A stretch of DNA of 64,000 nt from the human T2T-CHM13v2.0 reference genome, Homo sapiens, in assembly GCF_009914755.1 (NCBI RefSeq), contig NC_060936.1; one strand, 5' to 3'. This document shows, piece by piece, positions 41,995-56,539 of the stretch. The notes beneath the pieces were generated by a model that had not been told where the DNA came from, made no database searches, and saw only the letters and a program-made list of their open reading frames with translations. Position 1 is the first letter of the stretch. Each line of letters opens with the position of its first letter. A program made the position numbers and the translations under genes.

Positions 41995-44989
41995 TGATAA
42001 ACACATGGACTCATCCAGGTTAATTGCACCACTGAGGATCTGTGCCCATCTGTAGTTTTTGCTGTTATTGTATTGCTTTTGCAAAGAAAAACCTGTTGAT
42101 AATGACTTAGGCAATAAAACCTTCTACCACTCTGTAGAAATACAAAGAATAAAATGGTTCTCATATTTGATCAGCAGCATCTTTAGGTATGATTAATCCG
42201 TCAGCCTGAAGAGTTAAGATAGAAAGTGATGCTTTTGCTTTTTACAAGGAGATCAACATGCCATTCTACTAAGGTGCTCAAATGTTTTCTGTTTTTCCAA
42301 AGAAAGGTTTTCTGCTAAACAGATCCCTGACTTAGCTCTACTCTCCAACAGTTTTCAATTTTATAACTTTCTACTTGTTCTTCCTTGAGGGTATTTTTTT
42401 ATACAAATGTTTGATATGTGTGTTCCATTATCAATAGCCTTTTCGTTGTTCAAGGAGTTAGTTCCTTCTCCAGTTTTTATATCATTTCAAAGTTTCCCTC
42501 TTTTCCTTTGTTTATAAAGTAAAGAATATCCAAGTAAATCTTATTTTCTTCTCCATAATGCTATCCTCTGCTATAGTGCATACTGAATTCTGCTTCTGCA
42601 CAAACAGAATATAATAATATATCCCTGCCTTCCCTCCGCATTAAATAAGTGGATATTGTGACCACGGATACTGGTCATAATTTAATTTGAAAAATACTAA
42701 TTGTTCAAACTTACTTGAAATAACACAACCAACAATCCTGCATTTTCTTTAATGATCAGGCCTTTGCATTAGAGAGAATGAGACACTCCAGAGGGGAGAC
42801 TTGCCTGGACCTGCGTGGAGCTGCTCTGGCAGTATAGGGAAGATACCCCTGCTACAGGCAGTTCATTGCTACCGCCTTCATCAGACAACACATGGACGGC
42901 AAGATCTTAAAAACATGTTTTTACTGTTTTGAACTAATTTCATTCTGGAAAACTCTTATTGCTGCTTTAAATTTTTTTTTTTAATTGTCCTATGACTGCT
43001 TTGAAATTGCTCCTTTCTGGTCCTCTCCCTTCTGCTTTCATCACTTGCTCATGGCTTTAGGGACATTTACATTTTGGACAATTATTTAATTCCATTTTCA
43101 AATCAGGTTTCTGAGTGCTGCATTTTTACTCCATTGTTATGTTTTGTTTTGTTTTGTTTTAACCTGTTGCCAGAGGTGCCACATGGGACTGGAACACACC
43201 TTCTGCCAGACACAATCCTGAATTCATTAACTTGCCATTTCCTTTGCTCTTGATGGGACCTGACAGACAAGCACCTCCATTAAAGGAATATTTACCCAAC
43301 ACCAACATCTGCCAAGAAAAACAGAAGGAAACACAGAAAGGCAAAGAAGTGGGTGGGGGGACGCATGTGTTTAGAGATTGGAAGAGCTTTTAATGAAAGT
43401 TATTGTTTGGGAGTCTGGAATCATGATTCCTGCTTTTGCCAGAAGTGTCTCGTCAGCGACCTAAGACCGAATATCTGAGCTAAGGGGAAAACCTTGAACT
43501 CCTCAATTCCGAGACAACATGGCTTAAAATCAGGACAGACTTCTGACAGGGAAATTAACATTGTGATCTCAGCGGGAGTCTCTGTAGGGTGGTAGCCCAC
43601 TGGACTACAACATAATCTCTGGTAATTAAACACATTTGGCCTCTTTCGTGTGTGGGAGAAGTCACGGATGAGCAAATCGGAGGATTTGATTTTATGCTGG
43701 AAGGAGGGTGGTCTTGCTAAGTCGGGGTCAGCTATCGGGCAAGAAGGCCAGGGCAGAGCCTGTAGTTTGGCTGACTGACATAACCCCTGGGTAATCAGAA
43801 AACTGAAATCATGCCTTGACATTCTCATCATCTCACAGTCCCAGAATACGCAGGGAGAGGGGAATGAAGGTGCAGTTATCAGCCTGGGCTTATGTACAGC
43901 AGAGGCCAGCCTCGTTTCTCTCTACCCACTGGGTTTCTTCCCAGTGGCTCCTTCTGCCGCAAAACCAACAAACAAAATACAGACAATTTTTCTCTTTCTC
44001 CTTGTCTCTAACACTCTGAAAGAAAAAAAGACTTTCAGTGAGTGAGGGAAAGTACAGAAAGTAAGAGTGATATCTTTCTTTCATTCCATTCTATAACATA
44101 GATGATGTGACCTTGGCTTCACCTTTCCGAATAATCCACAGTCAGCCATGGGAATAAGAAGCAAGTTATATGAGTCACACCTTTTAGAAACATTGTGTGT
44201 CACAGCTAATTGTTGTCCTCTGTCATGAAGAACTATCCAGAGGCCTCAACTCAGGAAAATTTCCGTTTGGGCCAGGACTAACTACAATTCCTCTACTGTC
44301 TTTCCAGAACCCCTTGTCCTCCACACTCTTCTGCAGGGACCAGGAGAGCCAGTGAGGAGGGTCACTGGACTGCTGGAGACTCAAAGCTCAGAGGAAGAGA
44401 ACCAATAGAAGGGCTCATCACAGAAGCCTGAGCCTCTCTTTCTTCTCCCCTATGATTTAGGCTCCTATACACAATGGTGTTCTAAGCCCGATAATGTTGA
44501 GGGCTTCTCCCCTGGGTCTTAGACCTTGTTTCACAAGACCCTAACTCTCCATGCTGTACAACTGCAATTCCCTGGAATGTTAAGTGGTATCTCATGAACA
44601 AGCGTTTCATAGTCAAACAAGTCCTTCTTCACTGAAGGACTTTTCTAAATCTTTGTGATGCTAACATGCAATGCAAAACTGAATTCCTCAGTAGGTAGCA
44701 TTTCCAGAATATATTTGACCATGAAATAGTACTGTCATGATAACCCCAAATCTGCCAGGACTAGAGCTATGAGAAACATGTATAAGAAAGCAATTATGAG
44801 AACTCCTGTCTGCTCTCTAAAAATACAATATTATGATCAGAGGAAGTTATAGCTCTGTTGGATTTGAACAATTACAGTGAATGTGAACTATTACAGCCAG
44901 ATCTTCACATTTTAGTTCAAAGGATATGCTCTGAATTCCCTGACTATATGTGGTCCCTTAATTATATACTCTGTTGGCATGGCTGAATA

Positions 44990-45745
44990 ATATAGTTTGC
45001 TATCTATTGATATACAGTATATACCTGAAGCATGCTAATTGTTTAATTAATGTCATGACTTGCATCAGAGCTCTGTCCTCAATCTTTTTCTTTTCAGTGT
45101 TTTCATCAGTGGCTTTAATGAAGTGGTAGAATGCATGACTACCAGATATACTGAGGACCCAAAACCAAGGCAGATAAAAATTTTGTTGGATGACTGATAT
45201 GGTTTGGCTGTGTCCCCGCCCAAACCTCACCTTGAACTGTAATAAACCCCACTTGTCAAGGGCAGGGCCAGGTGGAGATAATTGAATCATGGGGTCAGTT
45301 TCCCCCACACTGTTCTCATGGTAGTGAATAATTCTCACAAGATCTGATGGTTTTATAAATGGGAGTTCCTCTACACAAGCTATCTCCTGCCTGCCGCCAT
45401 GTAAAGCATCTCTTTGCGCTTCCTTCATGTTCCGCCATGATTGTGAGGCTTCCCCAGCCATATGGAACTGAGTCCATTAAACCTCTTTCCTTTATAAATT
45501 ACCCATTCTCAGGTATGACTTTATTAGCAGCATGAGAATGGACTAATACAATGACAAAGTGTGGTCTCAACAGACATTGGAGACTGATAGATCAAATCCA
45601 TTAAGCTAAAATATAGTAAGGGGAAATTTAAAGTCCTTTCCTAAAGCCCTCAAGCTATAAGCTGAAGATGAAGAAGATATGACCAACTAGCTCATATGAA
45701 AAATATTGAGTGTCTTTAATTGACTACAAGTTCAATATGGGATAA
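44990..45745 (+). mobile_element. L3/CR1 relic split by a THE1 LTR
   Basis: 'gctctgtcctc...ttcagtgttttcatcagtggc', 'agctcatatgaaaaa...gactacaagttcaatatg' resemble the CR1 RT region. Confidence 0.55.
45195..45550 (+). mobile_element. THE1B/C solo LTR
   Basis: TGATATGG...GACTAATACA termini; perfect TSD ATGAC at 45190-45194 and 45551-45555. Confidence 0.95.
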
Positions 45746-46334
45746 TGACGAAGGGCTTGAAGCCACATGAAGGTTAGAGAAAGTGTGTGAAATACACAGT
45801 TTGAGGTAAGTTGAAGACCATTTGCATAATGTTTAAAAATCTGTAAAAAGGAGCACAGACTTGAGTGAGGTTATGTCCATAAACACCCCATCCCCTGTGA
45901 GTGAGCAAGCGAGTATGTGCAAGAATGTGAATGGGTGTCACACCCTACACTCCCCTGTGCAATAAGTGCAGCATGACTCACTGGAATTGTAATTCAGAAA
46001 TTGTTATATGTTTAAAAAATATTCATAACATTATCTTCCAAATTCTTATAATTCTGGTTCATGGACAAGTCCCAACACTGTCCTTGGCTAACTATGCCTC
46101 TGTAACTGGTCCTTACCATTCTGTTTCTATGGGCAAGATGTTTACTAAGATCTTACAGCTGCGTTTGTATGACTGTCACTTCTTCCTGGCTTGCATTTGT
46201 GTGTGTGTGTGTTTGTGTGTACATTAAAGTTGGTGTTTCACTGGAATTATAGTTAGATTATACTCACAAGCGAAAGCAATCATTTTGTCTCCGCCTGCAT
46301 CAGCATTACTCGTTGGAGAACTAAAATGCTAGTA

Positions 46335-46590
46335 ATGATAAAAATGAACATTCGTGGAGTGCTTAGGATGTGCTAAGCATTGTTGTAATTGTTTAACATA
46401 GATTATGTCATTTAATTTTCACAAGAACAGTATGAAATAGTTATTAGTACTCTCTCTCTTTTGCTGCTAAGCAAACTGAGATATGGAGGTTAAGAATCTT
46501 ACCCTCAGTCACACATCTAGTAAATAGTAGTCAGGATTTGAGTTCAGGTATTTGTCTTGAGAGCCTGTGCTCTTATAACCACTATGCTCT
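46335..46590 (-). mobile_element. MIR, near full length
   Basis: 'gcaaactgagatatggaggttaag...agtcacacatctagtaa...gagcctgtgctcttataaccactatgct'. Confidence 0.8.
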
Positions 46591-48200
46591 ACCTTTGCCT
46601 CATGTCCAGCTTCTTTCTTAGAAAATTCCCATGTACTTCTTCCTGGTTGCACCTATTTAATTCTCATCTGATTCCTGAAAACACAAGATTTGTCTACTGG
46701 CGGAAATACAAAACCTTAATTTCAATTCTTTGAACGCAACTAAGGAACTCTATTATCTTATACTACACTGGTTAACTATATAACTATAGTTACTCCTAGT
46801 CAATATTGCTTGCATACACAATCTAGCCAGGAAGATGATTTTTTCATATCTGATCCCTTACTAAAGTGTTAACATCTGCTTAAAACAGGCTGATTATTCC
46901 AACCAAAACACTTAAGAAATCATCAAAATGTATCTCCCTAAGGACATTCTCTTTGACTGATTTGGATCCATTTACACCATACCATCTTTGACTTCCAAAT
47001 ACCTCTCTCTGATTCTTATTAATGATAAAATATACATAGATAATTCATTTTTATTATACCCATTTTGTTTATATTATTTTTAATAGATTGTGAATTGCTG
47101 ATGATAGAGTTTCTGGAATTTATTAATTTAAAGTAACACAGATTCAAGATAATGTTAATAGAACAGACATTGAGATAACTTACAGGAAATACCTGGCATA
47201 AAAAGCAAAAAAAAACAAAAGGTTTATTGTCAGAATTTTGCCTACTTGCAAGGGTATCTTAATTTCCCATTTGCTTACCTATTTTCAACAGAATTATATA
47301 TATTATGTTAAAATTCTGGACAAAAGTTGACTAAGTTGTCTGTGTGTGTGTGTGTATGCACATGCACTTGAGTGTGTGTGTGTGCATGTGGGGGGTGAGG
47401 GAAGAAATAATTTTTATAGCGGAAAAGGTATTTATTTTAAAGACTTCTTTAGGTCTTTTTTTCTTTTTTGAGGGAATCATAAATATAATTTTTCACTAAG
47501 CTTTTTCATGAACCACAAATATTCAACATTGTACTTAAATAACCTAGTAAATTATCTTGAGTCTCTCAAAAGACTCCCTGAAGTCACCATTTTTTGAGTA
47601 GTCTGCTTTCATAGGTTTGTTAGGAGGACTATGTCTTAATATATAAAAGTGTTTATATCTGTGCCTGACAAATAGTAAGATCTAAATAAGTGTAATACAC
47701 ACACGAGATGAGTGTGTTGTATAGAACAATTATTATTTCTCCACAAACAACTAATTACCCCTGGCATGGCATAACCATTTCCTATATATACAGGAATCTG
47801 TATGTAACTCCTCTATCCTGCCTTTTATTTCTGTACAAATATCACAATATTTTAATTTATCCATCTATCTATATGATTCTTTATAAATGTCATGTTACCT
47901 GGTAAGGCAAATTCTTACTCATTTCCTTCAAAATTACTTTGATTTTTCTTCATTCTTGACTTCCTTATGAATTTTAGGACAGTGTGTCTTTAAATGTATA
48001 AGATGATGTCAAATCGTTTTCAATCATGGTTGTAAAAATGCATGCTTCCAAGAACAGGGGAAGAGAGTTTCCCCTGATCCACATCCTCCCCTACTTGATT
48101 TTATGGAGAACTTTTAAAATTAAGTCTTATTGAGGCATATAAGCAATAAAATGTACCCACTTTAGAGTCTAGTAAGTTTGATGAAATCATACATCTTTGT

Positions 48201-50053
48201 TTTTTTTATTTATTTTTTTAACTTTTATTTTAAGGTTGGGGTACATGTACAGATTTGTTATATAGATAACCTGTGTCATGGGGGTTTATTGTACAGATTA
48301 TTTCTACACCCAAGTATTAAACCTAGTATTCATTAGTTATCTTTTCTGATCCTCTCCCACCTCCTGCCCTCCACCCTCTGATAGGCCCCAGTGTGTGTTG
48401 TTTCCCTCTATGTGTCCATGTGTTCTCATCATTTAGCTCCCACTCATAAGTGAGAACATTGCAATGTTTGGTTTTCTGTTCTTGCATTAGTTTGCTGAGG
48501 ATAATGGCCTCCTGCTCCATCCATGTCCCTGCAAAGGACATGATCTCATTCTTTTTATGGCTGCATAGTATTCCATGGTGTATATGTACCACATTTTCTT
48601 TATCCAGTCTACCACTGACGGGAATTTAGTTGATTCCACGCCTTTGCTATTGTGAACAGTGCTGCAATGAACATTCACGTTTATGTATCTTTATGGTAGA
48701 ATGATTTATATTCCTTTGAGTAATGGGATTGCTGGGTCAAATGGTATTTCTGTTTTTAGGTCTTTGAGGAACCACCGCAGTGTCTTCCACAATGGTTGTA
48801 CTAATTTACAATCTCACCAACAGTGTATAAGTGTTCCTTTTCTTCTGCAACCTTACCAGTGTCTGTTATTTTTTGACTTTTTAGTAATAGCCATTCTGAC
48901 TGGCGTGAGATGGTATCTCACTGTGGTTTTGATCTGCATTTCTCTAATGATCAGTGATGTTGAGCTTTTTCTCATGTGCTTATTGGCCACATCTATGTCT
49001 TCTTTTGAAAAGTATCTGTTCATGTCCTTTGTCTACTTTTTAATGGGGTTGGTTTTTGCTTGATAATTTGTTTATTTATAGATGCTGGATATTAGACCTT
49101 TGTCAGATGTATAGTTCACAAAAATTTTTTCCTATTCTGTAGGCTGTCTGTTTACTCTGTTGATAGATTCCTTTGTTGTGCAGAAGCTCTTTAGTTTAAT
49201 TAGATCCCATCTGTCAAGTTTTGTTCTTGTGATTGCTTTTGACATCTTCATCATGAAATCTTAGCCCATTCCTAAGTCCAGAATGATGTTGCCTAGGTTG
49301 TCTTCTGGAGTTTTTATAGCTTTAGGTTTTACACTTAAGTCTTTAATAAATCTTTAGTTAATTTTTGTAGATAGTATAAGGAAGGGGTCTAGTTTCAATC
49401 TTCTGCATATGGCTGGCCTGTTCTCTCAGGTCCATTTATTGAATAGGAAATCCTTTCCCCATTGCTTTTTTTTGGTCAGGTTTGTTGAAAATCAGGTAGT
49501 TGTATTTGTGTGGTCTTAGTTCTGGGTTCTCTATTCTGTTCCATTCATCTATGTGTCTGTTTTTGTACCAGTACCATGCTATTTTAGTTACTGTAGCCCT
49601 TGTGGTATAGTTTGAAGTCAGATAGAATGATGCCTCCAGCTTTGTTCATTTTGCTTAGGATTGCCTTGGCTAGTCAGGCTCTTTTTTGGTTCCATATAAT
49701 AAAAATTTTAAAATAGTTTTTCCTAGTTCTGTGAAGAATGTCAATGGTAGTTTAATAGGAATAGCACTGAATCTATAAATTGCTTTGGACTCTATGGCCA
49801 TTTTAACAACATTGATTTTTCCTATCCAATATCATGAAATGTTTTGCGTTTGTGTTTGTCATTTCTGATTTCTTTTGAGCAGTGTTTTGTAGTTATCCTT
49901 GTAGAGATCTTTCACCTCCATGGTTAGCTGTATTCCTAGCTATTTTTGTTCTTTTTGTGGCTATTGTGAATGCGACTGCGTTCATTATTTGGCTCTTGGC
50001 TTGACTGTTGTTGATGTGTAGGAATGTTAGTGATTTTTGCACATTGATTGACA
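48201..50053 (-). mobile_element. 5'-truncated L1PA (PA11-13-like) of about 1.85 kb, inserted into an older L1ME-type 3' end (host about 48110-48200 and 50054-50450)
   Basis: Poly(T), L1PA 3'UTR and ORF2 end; 17-bp TSD aaatcatacatctttgt (48184-48200) / aaatcgtacatctttgt (50054-50070). Confidence 0.93.
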
Positions 50054-52047
50054 AAATCGTACATCTTTGTAAAGAGTAGTACAATTAATTTACAAAAACT
50101 TCCATCACTTTCAAAGGTTTTTTGGTGCCCTTTTCCAGTAAATTGACACCCCAACACTGGCTGCAGGCCACCACTGATCTCTCTGTCACTATGCATTATG
50201 TTCATTTTTCCTAGAGTTTCATATAAATGGAAATCTAGAGTAAGTACTCTGTAGCCTTCTTTTACTCAGCGTAATATTTTTTGGATCATACATGCTGTTG
50301 TGTGTTAATAGTTTGTTCACATTACTGAGTAGCAATTTGCTTATCCATTTACTTGCTGATAAGTATATTTTTAGTTTTCCTGTTAGAGGCCATTATGAAC
50401 AAAGCTACTGTGAACATTCATGCACAAATCTTTCTGCAGACTTGTTTTCAGCCTACCCATGAAATAGTATGCAGCTTAAAGCTTGGAAGGGGGTATTATT
50501 TTATGCCTGCAGAGAGAGAGAGAGAGAGGACACAGAACATGATGGAATTCCTCTTCTAAATGGAAAACCTCAAAACACAACCAGAGAAACTTGCAAATGT
50601 ATCTTTAAACTATTAGCTTATTCCTCTAAGATGAAAATAGCTCATTTCAATTTCTTTAAAAAAGCCCCCAAGTTTTAGTTTCATAAATTCATGTTCCCAT
50701 TCTGCTGAGCCAACTCTTCATGGTTCTACAGGAACTCATCTATGCTGAAGAAGCACACCATTGTACTCCAGCTGACTCCGAGATGCTCCATCCCACCTCA
50801 GGGAATCTGTCCCTTATCTCAGGACATTGCAACTTCTAAAGTGATTGAAGCTCACTCTGCCTGACCCCTCTGCTCCAGGGTCACACTTATTCCCTAACCA
50901 TCAAATTCTTTGTGAAAAAAGAGGAAAGTATTCCAGCAACAATTCCGTCTCCTCGTTTTCTCACTTATGGCCCCACCCCCTAAAGAAGAGACACAAGCAT
51001 TCATGGTTCAATCCTTTTAGGTTTTGTCCTGTGGTATCTGCCTGCCCAAAGAAAGGACACATTCTTCTCTGCTCTTCAGACCAAGATAATTAGGTCTTGG
51101 TCTTGATCCAAAGCTGCCTCCAAAGACACGTCTGAGAACCTGTGCCTCGTTTCCCGCTTTAGTCCCTAGGGATTGCAAGGAACAAATAACTAACTCTGCA
51201 GGCTGAAATCGTCACTTGAATGGGTCAGTCCAAAGTCTTGACTTGGAATTGAGAAAGAAGAAATGAGGAAGCCCAGCCATTGGACACAAGCAGCTGATTG
51301 AACTTCCTCGGTCAAAAAGCTAACATTTTGTTCTCTAGCTGTTTGATTTATAAGCCTTATTCCTCAACTGAGGCAGAAACTTTAAGATTATCAGTCTTAA
51401 ATCATAAGTTCTGCTTCCACTCTTGCATCGCTCACTTCTTTTTCCAACTTTCACCCAGTAGTCTGTTGGAAATGCAACTTTTATGTTACTCTACCTACTT
51501 AAAGCGTTTCTGTTGCTTTATGTATCAATGTCTAATGCCTTAGTATACCATACCTGCTTTCCTCTGCAACCTCATTTCTCATAACTTTCCCAATTATACT
51601 CTTTATTCCTCAGTCATAACAGTTCTGATAGAGCCTAATCTCTTAATTCTGTATTTTTACACAATTATGGAAAGTTATTACTCTTGAGCCACAGAAAACC
51701 TTGAAAATCCTTTTGAATTATTCAAGAAATGGCCAGTAATTATTGGCAGAGAATAATGCACTTTTTGTTTATATTTGACAATTTGTTATTTGAGTATGAT
51801 ATATATGAATAACTGTTTAAAACATTTTATTATAAGCAATACATGTTTGTTGTAAAATTTCAAACAGTTCAGAATCATAAAAAATAAAACCTCTTCACCC
51901 TTCACCTACCCTCCAAATTCTACTCCCTAAAAGAAATATGTATATCTTCAGATGTTTTTTATGCCTGTATAAACATTTAGAATACATATACTGTATTCAA
52001 ACTTTTTACCGAATGAAACCATATTTTCATGCTGTTTTGCAACTTAC

Positions 52048-52084
52048 AAGATAGATAGACAGATAGACAGATAATAGATAGATG
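52048..52084 (+). repeat. (GATA/GACA)n simple repeat
   Basis: agatagatagacagatagacagataatagatagat. Confidence 0.85.
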
Positions 52085-52829
52085 TACATACATAAACTCC
52101 CCTATTTTGTATGTATTAGTCATGCGTGTGTGCAAATACAGTATATAAATTCCTAACATCTACATATTTCATAGTGAGGACATGACATTATTTGTCATTA
52201 ACCATACAGATGCTTAAATATTTGCTTGTTTATTTGGGCTTTGGTTTTAGATCCAAGCTAAGATGCTACTGCTGTCAATCAGTGACTTCGTTTAGTTTTT
52301 ATTACAATGTCAGAAGTCTGTTTGTAACATACATCTTAAATAGCAAAACAGATGTATAACTTAATCAGGTAAGAAAACCCTCACTAGTATAAATTCCTGT
52401 ATAAGAAAAGAGACATTGAGTGAAAGTCTGGAAAGATCATGAAGGTGTAGGGGAGAAAGATTCAAGGAAGGAATCTGGAGTCCCAAAGCTGAACCTAAGT
52501 GTTCCCAAGTAATAGCTCCATCAATCTGCTGACAGGCTGCCTAGCTAGTTCGCAGGAGAAGAGCTGAAACCAGCCCACAGCCTGTGCATGCTCTTTGTAA
52601 AGTGCAGTTTTAGGAATGTAAAAGGATGGTTTGAGGGCCTGTAGTTTCTTGTTTTTGCCATCTCCCTTCCTGGCTTTTGTAAACACAAATGTTCTTAGCA
52701 TGGAGAATGTACTGGGTTTTCTAGTTCATTGATGGAGCCTGATGAAGAGTTCTTCCCTTGTTAGAACTCTGCATTAAATCACTGCCAACCCAAATCAGCA
52801 ATGGTGTCCCACGACACAGAGACAATCAT

Positions 52830-53065
52830 TGTCATAATAATAATTAGCAGTCCCATGCACTATTGGAAATATTTTACATGTATCAATTTATGTAATCACT
52901 ACAAGAACTCTATGAAGTAGGCATTATTATTATCCCAGTTTTATAGATAAGAAACTGAAAAGAAAGATTAAGTGATTTGCCCAAGGTCACATGGCTAGTA
53001 ATGCAGAGCTGGAAGTCAAAGCCAAAGAGTCTGTCCTCAGAGCCCAAGCACCCCACCACTCTGCT
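52830..53065 (-). mobile_element. MIR
   Basis: 'ttttatagataagaaactga...ttaagtgatttgcccaaggtcacatggctagtaa'. Confidence 0.85.
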
Positions 53066-53889
53066 TTCTTGTGTCTCAGTACACTGAAGTGCTTACTAAG
53101 TGCTGCAGATTCCTGGAGAGCTAGGAATTTCTGCCCTACCAATAACTTTCCATAATATTCAGTTTGCGTTGCAGGTAAAAATATACTTTCCCCTCTGCCA
53201 TGGCTATCACTTTTCAATGGACACCACCTATTTCCTTTTCCCTTCAATGAACATCTGTTTCACAGCATCTAGGTGACCTGGTTAGAATATTCCAACTGGA
53301 GAGAGGTGGGTGGTGTTACAATGAATTCAAGCCAAGGCAAACCTTAAAACCCAGCAGCCCTAATGCTCTTCCACACAGTGCACAATTTTGTTTGGTGGAC
53401 CAGTTCTGATTTAGCCATCCAAGTAACTTGTCACTGCCTGGTTTACATAAGAGAGTGTACTGTGTGTGAGCGTGCATATGCATAAAACTAAGTTTCTTTC
53501 CACCTTCATATCCCAGGCCAAATGGCTCCAGGGATATAACTTAAAAGTATTGTATGTGGAAACAATTCTATGTACTTTCCTATCACACATTTTCTGTGTA
53601 GAAAGGGATTCTTTTCTATTAATAATTGCTAGTAGAAGCATTACTTTAATTTTATATAATGAAGACAATTTATTACTTTTCAACTTTGAAGCAGTTAACT
53701 GATATAAATTGATTTTCAAAATCATAAAGTCATTTTGAATTTTTAAGTAGGGTAGAAATTCAAAGTAACTACAAAAACTCTGCCCTTTCTGTTAGACACA
53801 ATCTGTACCTTCATTCCTTCACTCCTGCTTCTGAGCAATAAGTTTCTGTGTTCTATCTGTGAAATCCATAATGAATGTTTATGTCTTAA

Positions 53890-54460
53890 TTTGCATTCAT
53901 TCATTTCCATTCATTATTCATCTATGTAGTCAAACAAGGCCCTGAGAGGCTACTCTAAGACACTGTGCCAGCTGCTGGAATATAATTATGACACCACTTT
54001 GGAGAATCTTCTAGCCTAAAAGCTGAAACACGTACACCAATGGTGACCATGTGGTATGAGTACCATAGCAGAACTAGACACAATGTCTTTGAATCACTGA
54101 CAAGTCATTTCAGAGGGGTAGGCAACCAATGGGCAGAGAAGGGAAAGTAAGTACAGATTGACTCACAGAGAGGGTGATAATTGAATTGTTTCAAAAATGA
54201 ACAGAAAGGTGTCACATGAAGAAGGGTGGGAAAGTATTATGAGCAGAGGACATAGCATATGTAAAGAAAGGAAAAAATGATGCACCGTGGCCCATTCTGA
54301 AAGGTGGGTGGTGGGGTATGCCTGGAGCAAATCTAAGGCTGTTGGGCAGTGTTAGGAGATAAGGCATGAAAAATGGTATGAGGCCAGATTGTAATAGACT
54401 TTATATTCAATGACAAGGAGTTTGGATTTCATTCTGTAAGTTCGAAGGAGCTTTATATGT
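53890..54460 (-). mobile_element. L2 3' portion
   Basis: 'cattcattcatttccattcattattcat', 'aaggagtttggatttcattctgtaag'. Confidence 0.65.
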
Positions 54461-55019
54461 GAAAAGGAGAGAGTGAGAGGAAGAGAGAAACCAAAATTAA
54501 GTAAGCAATTGGCTGGGAAAAGGTAGATGGTGCTTTCTTTCTTATAGAAAACTAAAAGACAAACTGGAAAATATAATAATCATTGGAAATTATTTTTTTC
54601 TTTTCAATTTGAATTGTTTTAAATTAAGAAGCTTCTCCATGAGATATCTTTTAATTACTAAAGACATATTTTCTCTGGAGTCTGAAACAGGAAGCTGAGT
54701 GGCCTTCTCTGACTCTAATAATATTATTATTATTTCTTTGTTTCAGCACATTCTGTCCCATTGTCCAAAAACCTCAAGAGTAATTCATAACTAAATTTCT
54801 CTGCTCTGAGGTATTGCAGCTAAACAACAACAAACTGCCTTTCCAGATCCCTTAGGTAATGTGTTTAGCATTTTGTATGTGAGAATATACTGAAACATTG
54901 TCCAAAGTCAAATACAGGGCATGTGTTGGTACATGAGACAGAAAAGTTAGGGACAAGCAGAATAAAAAATCAGGAACAAAATGATAAAACCCAGGAATTT
55001 CTGGGGGAAAATAAGAATC

Positions 55020-55545
55020 ATTTTTTAATTTTAAAATGGTTTTACTACATACAGTAAAAGACACATAATATAAAATTTATCATTTTAACCATTTTTAAGA
55101 GTACAGTCCTGAAAGCATTAAGTACATTCACATTGTTATATCACCATTATCACCATGTAGCTCCAGAACTAGTTCATCTTCCCCACATGAAACTGTGCTC
55201 ATTAAACACTAACTCCCCATTCCTCCCTGCCTGCAGCCACTGACAACCACCATTCTACTCTCTGTGTCTATGAATTTGACTTCTCTAGGAACCTCATATA
55301 AGTGGAATCAGACAATGTTTGTCTTTTGTGTCTGGCTTATTTTACTTAGAGTAATGTCTTCAAGATTCATCCTGTTGTGGTATGTGTCAAATTATCTTCC
55401 TATTTAAGGCTGAATAATATTCCATTGTATGTATAAACCACATCGTGTTTACCCATTTATCTGCTGATGGACACTTGAGTTGCCTTCACATTTTGTCTAT
55501 CATGAATGATACCGTTATGAAAATAAGTGTATCAATATCTGTTCT
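55020..55545 (-). mobile_element. L1MB-type 3' end
   Basis: 'cattaagtacattcacattgtt...caaccaccattctactctctgtgtctatgaatttgac...cctcatataagtggaatca'. Confidence 0.85.
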
Positions 55546-56539
55546 CGTCTAAGAAATTCTTCATCAGCATTGTGAGGAGGAAGTTGAAATAATATGCTGG
55601 TTAAAGAAGATGTGGGTAACATTAGATAAAATGTAATAGTTTAATATTACAATCCTTGCAGCAACTCACTCAGTTATAAAAAGAGAAAATGAGACCATTT
55701 TCTTTAAGCAAGGCCAATATCATTTTGTTGAATATAAAGATAAAAATGAATATAAACAAAGTATAGTGAACCAAAGTAGAGGGAGAAATTATGAGTAGAG
55801 AAATCAGGAAATGCTTCATCATGGTGGTGGCTTTTCAGCCACATTCGACCTTTCTCTGCTGACTGCCTCTTGGATGGGAGTAGCCTTGGTGCAGTGGCTT
55901 TTGGAGGGTCAGAAAGAAGTTTCCCAGCGTGTTCGCTAAACTCTGCTTTGTTTCACCAAATTCAGCCTCCAGAGAGCACCAATTTTTCATTATGTGTCTA
56001 CACATGAAGGGGTGCCATAGAAAATGAATCTCCATTTTCTCCAACCTGTTCTCTCGGCTCTCCCAATTTCATTTAGAATACATAATTCCATTAAACAATT
56101 CCTGCTAGGGAATACCAACTCATATAAGTGAGTGCAAATGAAGTGAGCTCATATGAGTGAGCTTCTTACCCCAGAGTTTTATGCCTGCTTTCCAGCAAAG
56201 TAACTTTTAGATGCAACTTTACCTCCGTGTAAAGTTGGTAAGTGAGAACTGACAAATGCCTATAAAGGGTGCATGGAGACTTTTTGCAAATTAAAAAGTT
56301 CTAAATGGCTCCAACTTAAATAGGCTCCAAGCAGAAATGGAACCTTCCAGAGGTGTTTGAAATGGCAACTTTCTAATGCAATAGCAGCAGGCAGTAATGG
56401 AAAATCCTGCTTTGGCAGAAAAGAAGAAATAAGTTTCATCGTTAAAGGTGTGGCAAAAAGGTTTTGTAAATTAAAGCATAAATCAGTCAACTTTTATTTT
56501 AATTAACTTAGCCAAAAACACTTCTATGAAAAAACTTTG

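Noticed and set aside
43421-43831. 136-aa ORF on the - strand in unique DNA
   Set aside because: No recognisable domain or protein-like composition; compatible with chance in a GC-richer patch. All three + frames after the nearby acceptor-like site close quickly.
56117-56165. Short repeat/palindrome cluster (CTCATATAAGTGAG, CTCATATGAGTGAG)
   Set aside because: Too short to distinguish from a trivial local duplication.
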